This document shows, piece by piece, positions 1 through 16,589 of a stretch of 64,000 nt of DNA; the stretch's first letter is position 1, and every line of letters begins with the position of its first letter. The DNA is from the human T2T-CHM13v2.0 reference genome, Homo sapiens. The notes beneath the pieces are model-generated. The model made no database searches. It saw only the letters and a list, made by a program, of their open reading frames with translations, and was not told the origin of the DNA. The stretch lies in the NCBI RefSeq assembly GCF_009914755.1, contig NC_060933.1, one strand, 5' to 3'. The position numbers and the translations under genes are program-made.

Positions 1-454
1 CTCTCATGTATGTGTGTGTATGTGTGTGCATGCACGTGTGTTTGTAAAATATATCATTACTAATTGGCATTTATCTTGGGAGTTCAAGATGGTTTCCATA
101 TTCAATCAACCCATCAATGTGGACTATGGTCACTTGCAAAGACCAGCAAATCCTCTACACAAAAGGCCACTAGAAATTCATTAAAACAGCCTTCCATCAC
201 TCTCGAAATTGACCAAAGCATTCAACTACCTGAGAAATATTTATGTTTGGAAAGCTATTGAAATGCAATTAAAAATATCAGGAAACCTGTTTTTACCTTT
301 TGTCCTAATCTTGCTAAATCCTTCTTAATTTTAGGAGACACTGCTTCTCCTTCCACTGTTCTTTTACTTTCTCCTTCCCCTTTGTTTTTGCCTCCCTCTT
401 CCTCTCCCTTTTCTACATTCCTTCTCTCTCCTAAATGCTGTATAAATTTCTACA

Positions 455-1108
455 TATATAATCATATTATTTACAAATAGGAACAGTTTTACTTATTTCT
501 TTCCAGTCTGCATTTATTTTATTCTTCCTTTTTTTCCTTACACACTGGATAGAACTCTAAGTATTATGTTGAAAAAGAGTGATAAAAGCAAACATCTTTG
601 CTTTATTCCTGAGCATACATGTGGAAAACATTCAGTGTTTCACAGCTAAATATGATGGATTTTTTGTATGCTCTTTATCAAGATGAAGGAATTTTCTGCT
701 ATTTCTGGTTTGCTGAATTTTTATCACAAGTAACTGTTGAATAGTGTCTTTTTCCCCTGCATTTATTGTACTGTTCATGCATTTTCCTATTTTAGAATAT
801 TAATATGATGAACTATATTATTAGATCTTTTAAAATATTGCAACTGTCTTGCATTTCTGGAATAAACATGGCTTGGTCATGTGTCACTTTTTTACATAGT
901 GTCGTATTCAAGTTGTTGAGGATTTTGCATCTAGGGTATATTTGTAGATTTGCATCTAGGTTATGTTGGTCTAAAGTTTTGTTTGTTTGTTTTCCTTTTC
1001 TTTTTTTTATCATCTTTGTCTTCTTCTGTTTAAGTGTCATGCTTGCTTCATAAAATGAATTGAGAAGCATTTCTTCCTCTTCTGTTTCTCGAAAATTGTA
1101 GAGAACTC
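455..1108 (-). mobile_element. Old L1M LINE-1 ORF2 (RT region) fragment
   Basis: Degenerate antisense ORF2. The minus-strand ORF 813-1199 contains L1-like 'NSFYEASMTL', 'KILN' and 'HDQAMFIPEMQ' (compare [11 protein letters not shown]). Confidence 0.8.
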
Positions 1109-2526
1109 TTGTTTTTTTTTTTTGTTGTTTGTTTGTTGTTTTGTTTTTTCTTATTTTTATCCTCATACTGAGAACCAAACAGTCTGGAGTGTAAAACATG
1201 GTTCCTCATTCCAGTTAAATCTAGTACACAATGACAACAACCCTCTTGGGTTAAGCATTGGCCTACTAACAGAAAAAAACCTTCAGGGAGATAGATGCTG
1301 ATCTAGGCATTGTGAGAAAAGCTGAATTCATTTTTAATCATGAATGGCTTTTAAGGAAAGAAGATTTATTAACTAAAATAAATAGATTAGAGGGAATTCT
1401 CATCTATGAGAGAGGAAGGGATGGGGATTCAACCTGGAAAAAAATGATGAAGTTTTAGTGAACTTGGTAAGGTAGACTCAACAATTAATGATGGATAATG
1501 CTAGGACCCAACACTGGTAATGAGCTTGTATTATGACTCAATAGCATCACTTTATCACTTTAACACAGATGGAGGCCTAAATAACCATAAGGTAATGGTT
1601 CTTCTTAGATGCAGAAGGACACATTTATATAATCTTAGGGACCCCATCTCTGAGGTCACTCATAACTTATATTAATTCATTGTTATTGCCATTGCCCCAA
1701 GAATAGATAAGGATAAGACATCCTGTAGTACAGGTAGCAGAGATATAAACTATTCTTATTCTTGTGTCTTGTCTATAGGAAGGGAGTGTATCCTGGTGTA
1801 TGACAGCATATAGTAGAGACCATTGTCAATTAGGGCCTGTGAACTAAGACAAGGTGACTGGCTAAGTCCACAACCCATTAGAAACCCAGAAATAATCAAA
1901 TCATGCTGAGTAGTAATAACACTTATTTATAATACTATATGGTATAAAGACAAGAACCAATTATGTTGAGTAGCTGTAACAAATAGCTCTATCATTCATA
2001 ATAACTTTTTCTGTAATAAAACTGAATTGTAACATGATCATACTGCAATATGACATTACACTAGCATTGTTGGTAAGATTCAACTATCTTATGTAGAGAA
2101 GTTATATAATGCTTATATTGATAATCAAATGTATTAACATATTGAGTTAAAGCCTCTTCAGAATGTAATCTGGGTGAATAATAAATGGCCTGAGAAAACA
2201 GAATTTAGCTAACCATTATCTAATTTCAATGCTAAATAGTTCTGGACAGATTTATCAAAAAGTAAAAATAAAAGCAGATTGAGAGGAGGAATGAGTAATT
2301 TCATTTGTACAAAATATTAAAGTGTATGTAATGGCCTTGTAGGATGCATTAGTAATTTTTAAAAATCAATCTTTACCCTACACTGTGACCATAAAATGCT
2401 AGGCATATTCATGTTAATATTACTGTTGTTACTGTCATATAAATGCCATATTCAATGTAGATGCTCAGAAAAATATGATTGTTTTGCTACAGAAGAGATT
2501 AGACCAGGGACAATAAATATGGATTA

Positions 2527-3184
2527 GGCAAGAATGTGTTAACTCAGCAGGCCAGGGTTTCTTCAACCCTGCACATTCAAAGGTAAGGTTTGTTTTTAGG
2601 ACTAGCTAGCCTCTGAGTTCTGGAAATAGTCCTACCGTGAAGAGTGTTTTTGTATATCTGAGGCCTTGGGTTTATGGTGAATGACTGACTTTATATGCCT
2701 GAGGCCCTGAGCCATGCTGTATTTATTTGAACCATGTAGTATCAATTTAACCAGATACATTTATTCTAAGATATGATTTATGCTGAATGCCTGGTTTTGT
2801 TCTAGAGGGATCATGGAAAGGAAGCTGAATTTGCCAAGTTTTGCCACGTGGGCATTGCATGCCTATGTGATTAACCACCAATAAAAACCTGGGACATCAA
2901 AGAATAAATAAGCTGCTCTAATTGCCAAGAATTCACATGTGGTTGTATGCAGCATTACTGGGAAATTGAAGTGTATCTGCATGTGATTCTGCTGTGATGG
3001 ACACTTGTAAGTTTGTTCCTGGAGTCTCCTGGAATTTGCCCTGAGAATCTTTTTCCTTTGTTGATATGACTCTGCATCCTTTTGTTTTAATAAACTGTAA
3101 ACATGAGTATAATTGCTTCTCTGAGTTCTGAGAGTTTTTTAAATAATCAAAGCTGAAGAGCAATGGAGACCCCCACCAAAACAT
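2527..3184 (+). mobile_element. ERVL solo LTR, MER77/MER21 family
   Basis: Starts gttaactcagcaggccagggtttcttcaaccctgcacattc; ends with aataaactgtaaacatgagtataa...ctgagttctgagagt, typical of MER77/MER21. Confidence 0.7.
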
Positions 3185-3229
3185 CTTTACACATTTCAAT
3201 TTTGTATTGAAGTAAATTTTATTTTCTTT

Positions 3230-4550
3230 TTTATACCTCCCATATATATTCTATTTTTCTCATTATTATTTATTTTATCCCAAATCTTTTATCTGTGATC
3301 ATTTTCCTTTGTTTGAAATTTGTCTTTTGAAATTTCTTTGGAAGGTGCTTTTGGATGATAAATTTTCTGTTATTCTTTGTCTAAAATGTCATTATTTTGA
3401 CTCATTTATAAAAGGAGTTTTTGTGTTTTATAAACCTCTAATGTATAGAAGTGTGTCTAAACTCATTGAGGATATTTTCCAAATTTTTTCCTACTTTTTA
3501 TTGCTGTTGATAAGAAGTCAGTGTTGGTATTTTGACTTTTAAGTTATGTGTCATTTTGTTGTGGTAGTTCTGAAGATCTTCCCTCTGTTTTATATTCTCC
3601 TTCACCTTTCATAAATGTACTTTATATTTATTTGGTAATAAATTTTGAACATATACTATGCTATAAAGATAATCTAGGCCCTTTGGTTACATCTTGTAAA
3701 TAAAATCAACAAAATCTGTTTTGAGATTATATTGTAATATAAGATACCCAAAGTAAATAGGATGTGTACCATATGTTTGAAGGTGGTAAATACGATGAGA
3801 AAAATAGATCAGGTCAGGAAGAATGAAGATGATTGAAGGTACAGGTTATGATAAAAACTTAGGTGTGCCGAGGAATGAATTCATCTTATGTATCTTGAGT
3901 GTAATGTCTTATTTCTCCTGAATCTGAGAATTTGATGTCTTTCATTAGGGATGTCAGTAAATCTCACTAATGAATATATTAGACTCCAGTTTAATATATG
4001 ATAGTCATTTTCATTCTGTCTTTCATATCACTGAATCCTTTCTCTTTATTGTTCATTTTTATACATCTCTTAATAGTCAAAGTGAATTTAACTATGTTTT
4101 ACGTTATGTGGTTATTCTCACTTTAGCTATCTCTAATATATTATGAATGTGTCAGTTGTGTGTTTACTATTGTTTGAATTAAACTTTTAAATCATTCATT
4201 TTAATTCTTACTTAATTCAAACTTGTTTGTTATACATTCTTATAATTCCAGTATCTGGAGTCTTTCTTCATGTGATTCTTTTATCTCCCTGTTTTCCTCC
4301 TATATTCTTTTCATGCACCATCTTTCTCTGTGTGTTTTGTTTTGTTTTACTGTCAATTCCTAACTAATAGAAGTATATTTATGCAAATAATTTTAGGATA
4401 GAATTGAAATAGGTTTCCCAAAAGGATTATATAAATTTGTTTGTACCAAAGGCCCAGGGTTATCAACAGAATGAGATCACTTTAAATTTCTGTCCTGAGG
4501 ATTTTCAAGTTACACAGGTCATATTAGTGAGAACCCCAGAAAAGGGCATT
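3230..4550 (-). mobile_element. Highly degraded L1M fragments with an embedded L2 3' fragment (~3630-3850)
   Basis: T-rich antisense L1-like sequence (tgtctaaaatgtcattatttt; ctgttgataagaagtcagtg). Boundaries are approximate. Confidence 0.45.
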
Positions 4551-4551
4551 C

Positions 4552-5354
4552 TTTTTTTTTTTTATATTTCACTTTACGTCCTGGAATAATACATGTGCAG
4601 AACGTACAGGTTTGCTACATAGGTATACATGTGCCATGGTTGTTTGCTGCACCTATCAACCCATCATCTAGGTTTTAAGCCCCACATGCAGGTATTTGTC
4701 TTAATGCTCTCCCTCCCCTTGCCCTCCACCCCCAACAGGTCCCGGTGTGTAATGTTCCTCTCCCTGTGTCCATGTGCAGAACCTGCAGTTTTGTTACACA
4801 GGTAAACATGTGCCATGGTGGTTTGCTTCACCCTTCAACTCGTCACCTACATTAGGTATTTCTCCTAATGTTATCCTTCCCCTAGGCCCCCACCCCTTGC
4901 AGCCCCTCCCTGATGATCCCCTCCCTGTGACCATGTGTTCTCATTGTTCAACTCCCACTTATGAAAACATGTGGTGTTTGGTTTTCCTGTGTTAGTCTGC
5001 TGAGAGGGATGGCTTCCAGCTTCATCCATGTCCCTGCAAAGGACACAAACTCATCCTTTTTTATGGCTGCATAGTATTCCATGGTGTATATGTGCCACAT
5101 TTTCTTTATCCAGTCTATCATTGATGGACATTTGGGTTGGTTCCAAGTCTTTGCTATTGTAAATAGTGCTGCAATAAACATACGTGTGCCTGTGTCTTTA
5201 GAGTAGAATAATTTATAATCCTTTGAGTATATACCCAGTAATAAGATTGCTGGCTCAAATGGTATTTCTAGTTCTAGATCCTTGAGGAATCACCATACTG
5301 TCTTCCACAATGGTTGAACTAATTTACACTCCCACCAATAGTGTAAGAGTGTTC
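4552..5354 (-). mobile_element. Chimeric L1 3' end: L1PA8-type terminal 3'UTR (4552-4776) fused to L1PA7-type 3'UTR and ORF2 end (4771-5354)
   Basis: Poly-T tail at 4552. The 3'UTR motif catgtgcagaac...gtgccatgg occurs twice. ORF 4948-5181 is the ORF2 C-terminus ([20 protein letters not shown]). Confidence 0.9.
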
Positions 5355-5647
5355 TCTTACTACACTTCCAATTTGGCTGGACTTTGAACTTTGTCTCTGG
5401 TCCCCTGCTTTTTACAGTCCCAAGAAACATGGCCTCATCCTTATCAGGACCAGAGAATGCTCTCAAGGTAAAACCTTAATTTTCATAAAATTGTTGTCTT
5501 CTTGCCTGATAATTGTGACACTAAAGCAAGATTTTTTTAATGTTTCAACCAACTTTTAAGAATTATTTTAGTGGTAGGACTGAGCCAGGTTTCTAATCCA
5601 CACTACTGCAGATAAAAAAATGACAAAAGGTAACTTTCAAAAATAGA

Positions 5648-5969
<322 letters not shown>

Positions 5970-7629
5970 TCATGAAAGATTTATTATACATTCTAAATAA
6001 AATGGAGATAGAAAGTTAGCATTTGAACTTTAAAGTTGTTAGCATAAGGAGCAATGAAAACTAAATTTCTCCTGGGAGTTACTCATTTTTCTGGGTTGTA
6101 AATGAATGCCATATTATTTTTTGATGTTTAATGTAAAATATTATTGACTGTAATAATCCAATATGATCTAGGATATTCAGTCTTACACAACATAGGGATA
6201 CAGTATAGGTTGATGTACATCCAAAATTATAACACACTTTGTTCAAACACAATGCACATTACATTTTCCTGTAGCTCAAATCTGTGTTATCTGTATTATT
6301 AAGAGATATAAAGAGAGGATTCAAAATAATAGCTGAAGAATTCTCACTAATTTTATGAATCTAGTAGATCAAAATGTTACTCTAACATTAATAATTTCAT
6401 AATACAGACTGTGAGGCTTATATAAATCTGTTTCAAAAAATGTATAGCATTCTTTAGCTTTCATGTTGTAAAACATTCAGAATATAATCCAAAATAAAGT
6501 TGTAATAAATTATCGCATTTTAATGAGTATTTTAACATAAAACGTGAGTTTGGGATTATTATAAATCCAAAGACACATAAACTCAGTTTCTAAAAGATAT
6601 GATTGAGGGGAAATCATGATTTATTATATCTTCATTTTATCAAAAAAAGACACAGTTATTATTTATAATAAAGATGATTACAATGCACACATACTCTTTT
6701 GTGAGTTGCCACAGAATTTTCTATTACCAAAACCTGTCAAGTTCAACACATGTCTAGAATATGTATAAATAAAGGTTGATCTGTGATATTAGATATTATC
6801 AAATAAAAAATATTCTTATTGAAAAAAATGTGATTCCTTATGACAACTTCAGGGCATCTTCTATTTGCCCCCTGTTATCAACAGGGGAAATTTTCTTTCC
6901 TACATTTCTCACTAATCATTTCTGACAAGTAGTTGGCAAGCTTAACTCTAAAGGGTCGTCCATAGGGTTCTAGGTCAACCTTACCCTTTGGGAAGAAAGT
7001 ACACATGATGTCTATGAATAAATGCCCTCCAACAAAGGAAAAGGACAATGCTTTACATAGTGTGTGCATAATCATTTTTCAACATAATTAGCTTATCTAT
7101 TTGTGACATGATTTTACTGTCATTGCAGGTGTTTGACATGACCCACGTTTTTTCTTTGTGCCAAGAAATACAATGGTTTTGTATTACATTAATACTTTAG
7201 ATCATCTATAATATGAGTCAGGTTTGGTTAAAAAATATATAAAAATAAAAATCTCAGTTCTATTCGAAATACTAATGAAAGTATCTTACCAAAGTAAGAC
7301 ATTAGCAATGCATTGTCTGTCACTTGATATTTTGTGTGTTTGCTCATTTCAACAAGGGAAAGAGAATTAGAAAATTGGAAGAAAATTATTTAAGTAATTC
7401 TTGTAAAATTAATATACATATTAAATATCATGAACGGTAGAAACAGAGTTAACATTTAAAACGTTTATAACTAATGTGTAAATTTAATTGAAAGCCAACT
7501 GATTGCTCTGAATTTTTATGAGGAATAATCACAATTGTACAGAAAATAACTGACACCGAAAGTATCTACCTTTTCACATTTAAATGCAAGTGACTTTTTG
7601 TTCATTCATTCAAAAATTATGGATTATTA

Positions 7630-7970
7630 TACTTTAGCTTAAATGTTTGTCTCCCCTCTAAAAGCCATTTTGAAACTTAATCCTCAATGCAATAGTATTA
7701 AGAAGTCAGGCCTTTAGGAGTAATTAGGCCATGAGGACTCTGTACTCATAGATGGGATTAGTGCATTGCAAAAGGGCTGAAGGGAACTAGCTAATGTAAG
7801 GACACAGCATTCAAGTTACCATTTTAGAAGCAGAAACTGGGACCTCACTTGGTGCCAAACCTGCCAGAACCATGGTTTTGAACTTTTCAGCCTCCTGGAC
7901 TGTGAGAAACAAGTTTCTGTTCTTATCAGTCTCAGCTATTTTGTTACAGAAGCACAAGCGAACTGAGACC
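7630..7970 (+). mobile_element. MaLR solo LTR (MSTD/MLT1A-like) inside an L2 fragment
   Basis: aatgtttgtctcccc...gaaacttaatcctcaatgcaatagtattaaga...cagcctcctggactgtgagaaac...actgagac. Confidence 0.8.
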
Positions 7971-9037
7971 TGAGATGGGAGTGTTTATGTGCTAGGTATG
8001 GAGCTAATTTCTGAATAAATAAAGATGAATACATTCTATGACCTCATCATCTAGTGCCTGTTACAGTGACGCAGCGGATATTTTTTCTTGCCTTATTACT
8101 CATTTTTGCTCTCCTCACTAAATATTGAGGAAAACATGAATGCATCATCAGTTTTTCCACTGATAGAACTGTTTAAGAAGTACATATGACATTATATTTT
8201 TTCTTTCTGTATTCTGTAGACTTACCTGTAAAGTCTAAGGCTAACATTGACTTTATGCTAATTAGTACTGTGTTCATTTCAGATGTGTAATATGCCTTGT
8301 ACAAATATAAATAGATAAAACATTAAAGGTGCTACTACTCAAAACACACAGGGAATAAAATATTCTATTTGAAACATCAACATAGAGTTTACACTGAGGG
8401 AAATTTTTATTCATTAGTTTAAATGGGGAAAATACAATAAATATTATTGGGTTAAAATAGAGAAAGTTAAGTGGAAAGATGAAATGATGAAGAACCCAGA
8501 GAAAATTGTTCAGTTTGCATACAAATTGGGAAATTAACACCTAACCTGCCTAGGTAGAATTTCATAGCATTAACTAAAATAATTACTTAAACTTACAAGA
8601 TTTATTAGAAAAATATGAATAGAAAAATAAAATGCATTGTTGCATTTTATGTAATTTTACTTGAACTTAGTTTATAACATGTACATAGATTAAGTTGATT
8701 TAAATATTTTATGTACAAAAAACTATATTGTTGAAGATTCTAAGAGCTTAAAACTAAAATACAAGATAAACATTTACTTAACAAAAAGAGTAAATAAGAT
8801 GAAGAATTTGAAAGAATTTAAGAATTAATTTCAGTTTCTTTTCCAAAATGTATGTGGTTAGCCTACAATGCTTTTACAATCTGTTATTTCATGAGTATGA
8901 ATATTGATTTTATTATTACCTAAACATGTATTATTTTTAAAATATGGCAAAAGAATTAAAGTTCTATAGTTTGACAAAGCTGTAAAGCAGATCAATCCTT
9001 TGACAGCTTAATGAATAAAGCATGCATGTAGTTGACA

Positions 9038-9400
9038 CTAATTCATTTAATAAACATTTGTAGAACATATATGTGTAAGAAATTGTGCTAAGGAGATGAA
9101 TGGCACATTAAAATAAGAAGACAAGTTTCCAGATACTAAGGAGTTTATGTAACTGTAAGGTACATAAAACAATACAAATGAAAAGGCTAAAATAAATCAG
9201 AAAATGAAGGGAAGAAAACAAATATCCATATTAAGTATACATAATATCTCAAATATTCTTTAAGATGTCTTAAATAGATTTTAATATTTAATCCTAATGA
9301 CAGGATAATCTGATTTATTACAGACGATATAATTGAGGCTAATACAAATCTGTTGACTTTAAATTTTCAAAGTCTTCCTGAATTATTTGACTGTGTAATA
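9038..9400 (-). mobile_element. L2 3' end fragment followed by a MIR remnant
   Basis: attcatttaataaacatttg...tgtgctaag is an L2 tail; tttattacagacgatataattgaggct resembles the MIR core. Confidence 0.5.
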
Positions 9401-9577
9401 TTTTGGTAAACATAAATAAGTGGATACTAATGCATTGAAACAGAAACAGAATACTGTTCAAGAAATAGAAAAAAATGAAACAACACAAAAGATCGAATTT
9501 GTAGTATGACTACAATTTAAGATTTAATAAAGACAAAAATAGAAACCAATATGTAGTTAGGAGGATAGAAAAAAGTA

Positions 9578-9910
9578 CAGTGGACCCTCCATATCCACAG
9601 GTTCTGCATGTGTGGATTCAACCACCCATGGATCAAAAATATTTGGAAAAACATTTATGAAAAAGTGAACACATATGGAATTCTGCCTTGTCATTATCCC
9701 CTAAAGAACACACTATAACTAACTACATAACATTTACATTGTACTTGGTATCATAAGAAATCTAGAGATGATTTAAAGTATGTGACAGTGTGGATGTAGG
9801 TGTATAAAATACTATTATACATCATTTTATGGAAGGGTCTTGAGCATCTGTAGATTTTTGTGTCTGAGGGTTCCTAGAACCAGTACCCCACAAATACAGA
9901 GGAACAACTG
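9578..9910 (-). mobile_element. MER2 (TcMar-Tigger MITE)
   Basis: TIRs cagtggaccctccatatcc and aatacagaggaacaactg, TA target duplication on both sides (9576-77, 9911-12), internal ctagagatgatttaaagtat. Confidence 0.9.
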
Positions 9911-10257
9911 TAATGAGTTCCTAGTAAACTAGGCTGAAGTATTATAACTGTACACAAAATAATTTAAGGCAGAATGATTAAATAATATATAGCAGTATGT
10001 ATAAGAAGTGAAGATAATTGAAAATTAAATTGATAGGAAAGACATGACAAATATAATGAAATCAATGGAAAAGTTAAAACTTTAGCAAGATGTACAAGCA
10101 AGGATTGGGTAGATTTCATCTGAAAGATATAATTTCTAATGACAAAGTACTTTAATAGTCTAGCCTAATATTTTATTGTATCTTAAAACTTCCCTCTGGC
10201 TCATTCTGGTCTTATCACACCAGCTTTCTTATGGCTTCTTTTATCTGCCAAGAATTA

Positions 10258-10499
10258 TGCTCTGGTCTAATTGACCTCCCCAAATTTGTATATTAAAATT
10301 CTCACCACCAAGGTGATAATATTAAAAAATGGGCAATTTTGTAGGTGACTGGATCATGGGAGTGGAGCCCTTATGAAAGGTGCCAGAGAGACCCCTCCCT
10401 CTTCCACCATGTGAGGTTAGACTGAGAAATACATCTCTGTGGTTTATGAGCTGCTCAGTCTATGGCATTTTGTTATAGCAGCCCATGCTAATGAATACA
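10258..10499 (+). mobile_element. MLT1A0-like MaLR LTR, internally deleted
   Basis: tgctctggtctaa...gatcatgggagtggagccc...tatggcattttgttatagcagccc. Confidence 0.75.
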
Positions 10500-11654
10500 G
10501 ATGACCGTGTGTCTGCAGACCTTCCTAGGAAATTATTGAGTCCTTCATTGAATACTAAACTGTGAATACATGAGAGAAAATAACTGAAGCCTGGGGTAAA
10601 ATGCCAACACAAAGGGTTTGAAGAACAATTCTCAAAGCTCAGAAAGCTCTGCAAATATTATTGTTGCCACAAACCAAAGTAGAAGACAGGGTAATGTATG
10701 AGCTATTAGGTAGAATCTTTGGAAGAATCCTGCTTTTGTGATGGAACTCACTCATTCCTAAACCTAAAGCAACTCTACATCTTCTCTAAGAAAATTTTAT
10801 AGCAATCTCTAAAAGCATCAAACTGATTCCAAATAATTTAACTGTGTTTGAGAACAAAATACAAATATACAAAAGGAATTCAACAAAATCCATCACATAA
10901 CAATATAGAATTCACAATATCTGGTTTTGGTGAACATAATAATTAGCGTTGAAACATGTTAATTCAGGTGTTAAAAATATGCTTTATTTTTTCAAATAAG
11001 ATGGGAAAATATGTATATTACGAGAAGATAAAAATGGAAGAAATAAAAACAAGCAGACTCCTAAAACAGAAAAAATAACTATATTAGATTAAAAATGTAT
11101 GAATAAATTTAACAGCACTTTAACCATTGTAGAAAAAATACCAGTGATTTTGATAACATAACAATATAAACTATCCAAAACAGAAAACATAGACACATTT
11201 GAAAAAACAACCACACTGTGTTTGACAATATCAAGCAGCATAATACAAGAAGAGATGGAGTCCCAGAAGAACACTGAGTGGATGTATGTGTGTGAGTATG
11301 TGGTAGGGAAGAACAAAACCAAAAATTTGAAGAAACGATTGCCAAAATGTTATTAGAATCACAAATAAAGACAAAATGGCAAGGTAAACTATTGTCTAAT
11401 TTCTGAAAATCAGTGAGAAAGAGAAAAATCTTAAAAGGCATCAGAGATGAAAAAATAATCCACATCAAAAGAAATACACACACAAACACACAAATACGGG
11501 CAATTTTCTTCAGAAACTATGAAAGCTTGGAGACAATGGAGCAATCATAAATAATTAAATAATAAAAAACAGCTTTATCTACATTTTTATAACAAGTAGA
11601 AAATTTTAAGCACTAAAGCAAAATAGGGCTCATTTATTTTTAGAAAATTAAAAA

Positions 11655-11841
11655 TAGGTTTGGAACTAGGGTAAAGAAAATGACACAACTAGGTCCCAAA
11701 ACCTAAAGAGCTACTCACTTTCAGAGTTATATATTTGAGATTGAGAGTGCAAGACTTGTGCCTTGTGTGACCCGAGAGAGTGCCTCATTAAGTGTTTCAC
11801 CAGAGGTAAAATTTGCTCATCTCAACGTTGTCTCAGCACTG
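11655..11841. mobile_element. MER96-like palindromic hAT MITE
   Basis: ggaactagggtaa...actcactttcagag...gtgcaag...tgacccgagagagtgcctcattaa...gtctcagcactg matches the degenerate MER96 hairpin. Confidence 0.6.
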
Positions 11842-12012
11842 AACAAAATCTAAAGAATTTCATTGTCAGTCATCCTCCATTGTCATTTATAAGAAAGATT
11901 CCTAAGGCAGAAGTAAAATTTTATGAGATGTATATGTGTGTCTGCAGAAAAAAACTGGCAATGTATTATACTGCATATCAAGTGATATACTGTTATTTGA
12001 AAGTAGGCTGTG

Positions 12013-12426
<414 letters not shown>

Positions 12427-12856
12427 CCTAAAAAAGAAGTACATTAGTAAACCAATAGTAGAAATAACACAAAATAATGAAGTACATATTTAACTAATCT
12501 ACAAAATTTAAAAAAAGGATAAATAATTGAACAAGGAGCATATAAGATAAATAGAAAACATAGCAAGAAGGTATATTTAAACCTAAGCTTATTCATAATC
12601 ACATTACATTACATGTAAATCATTCATACACATCAATGAAAAATCAGAAATCTAATTCTGTCTACTAAAATTCTACTGCAAATATAAATACATAGATATC
12701 TGTGTGTGTAGTACAAACAAAAATTTATAGAAAACTAGAGTTACTATATTAATGTCAAACTAAATATATTTCAGAATGAAATATATTACTAGTGATAGAA
12801 AATATACTCACTGATTATAAAGGGGTCAATTTATTAAGATAACTAAACAATATTAA

Positions 12857-12995
12857 CACAAAGAAACTATACATGTTAAGGTGATGAATATCAGAATCCT
12901 GATTTGATAATTGTATGTCGTATGCTTGTATGCATATGTACCCCATACATATGTGCAACTATTATGTATCCATAATAATTAAAAATTTTTTAGAA
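12857..12995 (+). mobile_element. Short L1MA-type 3' terminal fragment
   Basis: cacaaagaaa...aggtgatgaata...atgtaccccatacatatgtgcaactattatgtatccataataattaaaaa. Confidence 0.7.
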
Positions 12996-13096
12996 ATAAA
13001 GAATTAGATAAATGTAATAGTGCCATGTGTTTATGTTAGAAAAGAAAAAAGAATCTAATCAGTTCCTAAAGCAAATTAAACCCAAACAAAACAGAA

Positions 13097-13544
13097 TGCT
13101 GTTGTCTGAATGTTTGTGTCTCCTCGAATTTCCTATGTAGAAATCCTAACTCCCAAACTTATGGTATTAGGAGATGGGGTCTTCTGGGAGGTGCTTAGAT
13201 CATGAAAGTAGAGATCTGGGGCTCTTTTATAAGGGTACTAAATTAGTACTACATTAAGGATAGTAAATGAGTAGTTTTCTTACATAAGAGACCCCAGAGA
13301 GCTACCTTGCTCTTTCCATTATGTGAAGATGCAGAGAGAAGGAACCATCTATGAACCAGGAAATGGGCCCTCACCAGACATCAAATATTTGAGAGCCTTG
13401 ATTTCAGACCTCTCAGCCTCCGGAACTATGAGAAGTAAATTTATAAGTTATAAGTTTATGTTATTATAAATTATAAAATTATGTTGTTTATAAGCCACAA
13501 CAAAAAGGTATTTTTCTATTGCAGTCGAAATGTACTAAGGTACA
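13097..13544 (+). mobile_element. MLT1A0 MaLR solo LTR with internal inverted and AT-rich insertions
   Basis: tgctgttgtctgaatgtttgtgtctcc...gaccccagagagc...ctatgaaccaggaaatgggccctcaccagaca...tactaagg. Confidence 0.85.
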
Positions 13545-14120
13545 AAGAAATAATAAAATACATATAAGAACAAAAATCAATAAAAATTGAAAGAACACCA
13601 AAATGGAATATCAATAAAATAAAAAGCTAATTTATTAAAAAATGAAAAAATTCTAGCTATACTTAACAAAAAAGAGAAAAAATGCTAAATACTAAAGCCA
13701 GTAATGAAAGGCTGTCACTAATTATACTATAGGTTATAAAATGATAGTAAGCATACAATGTTTAAACTTTATGCAAATACATTTTAAAAGTTTGGTAAAC
13801 GGACACATTACTTGAGAGAAAAGAGGTTACAAAATTCACTTAAAAATAAAGAGACACCATGAATAATCCTGCATCTATTAAATACATTAAATCTATAATT
13901 TGAAACTCACACACAAAATAATTCCAGGTCAGGAAGGTTTCACTCTTGTATTCTCACAATGTTTAAAGAATAAATAGTAACAACTCTATGCAAAGGCTTC
14001 CAGAAATAAAAGAGGAAGCAACCCTAACAATACATTATATGAGGTACAGATTACCCTTAAAGGAAAAAAATAGGTAGAGATTAACAGAAAACTACAGACC
14101 TACATTTTGATTTAAAAAAA

Positions 14121-16589
<2,469 letters not shown>

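Noticed and set aside
8483-8600. Possible C/D box snoRNA (ATGATGA)
   Set aside because: No downstream CTGA D box or terminal stem at a suitable distance.
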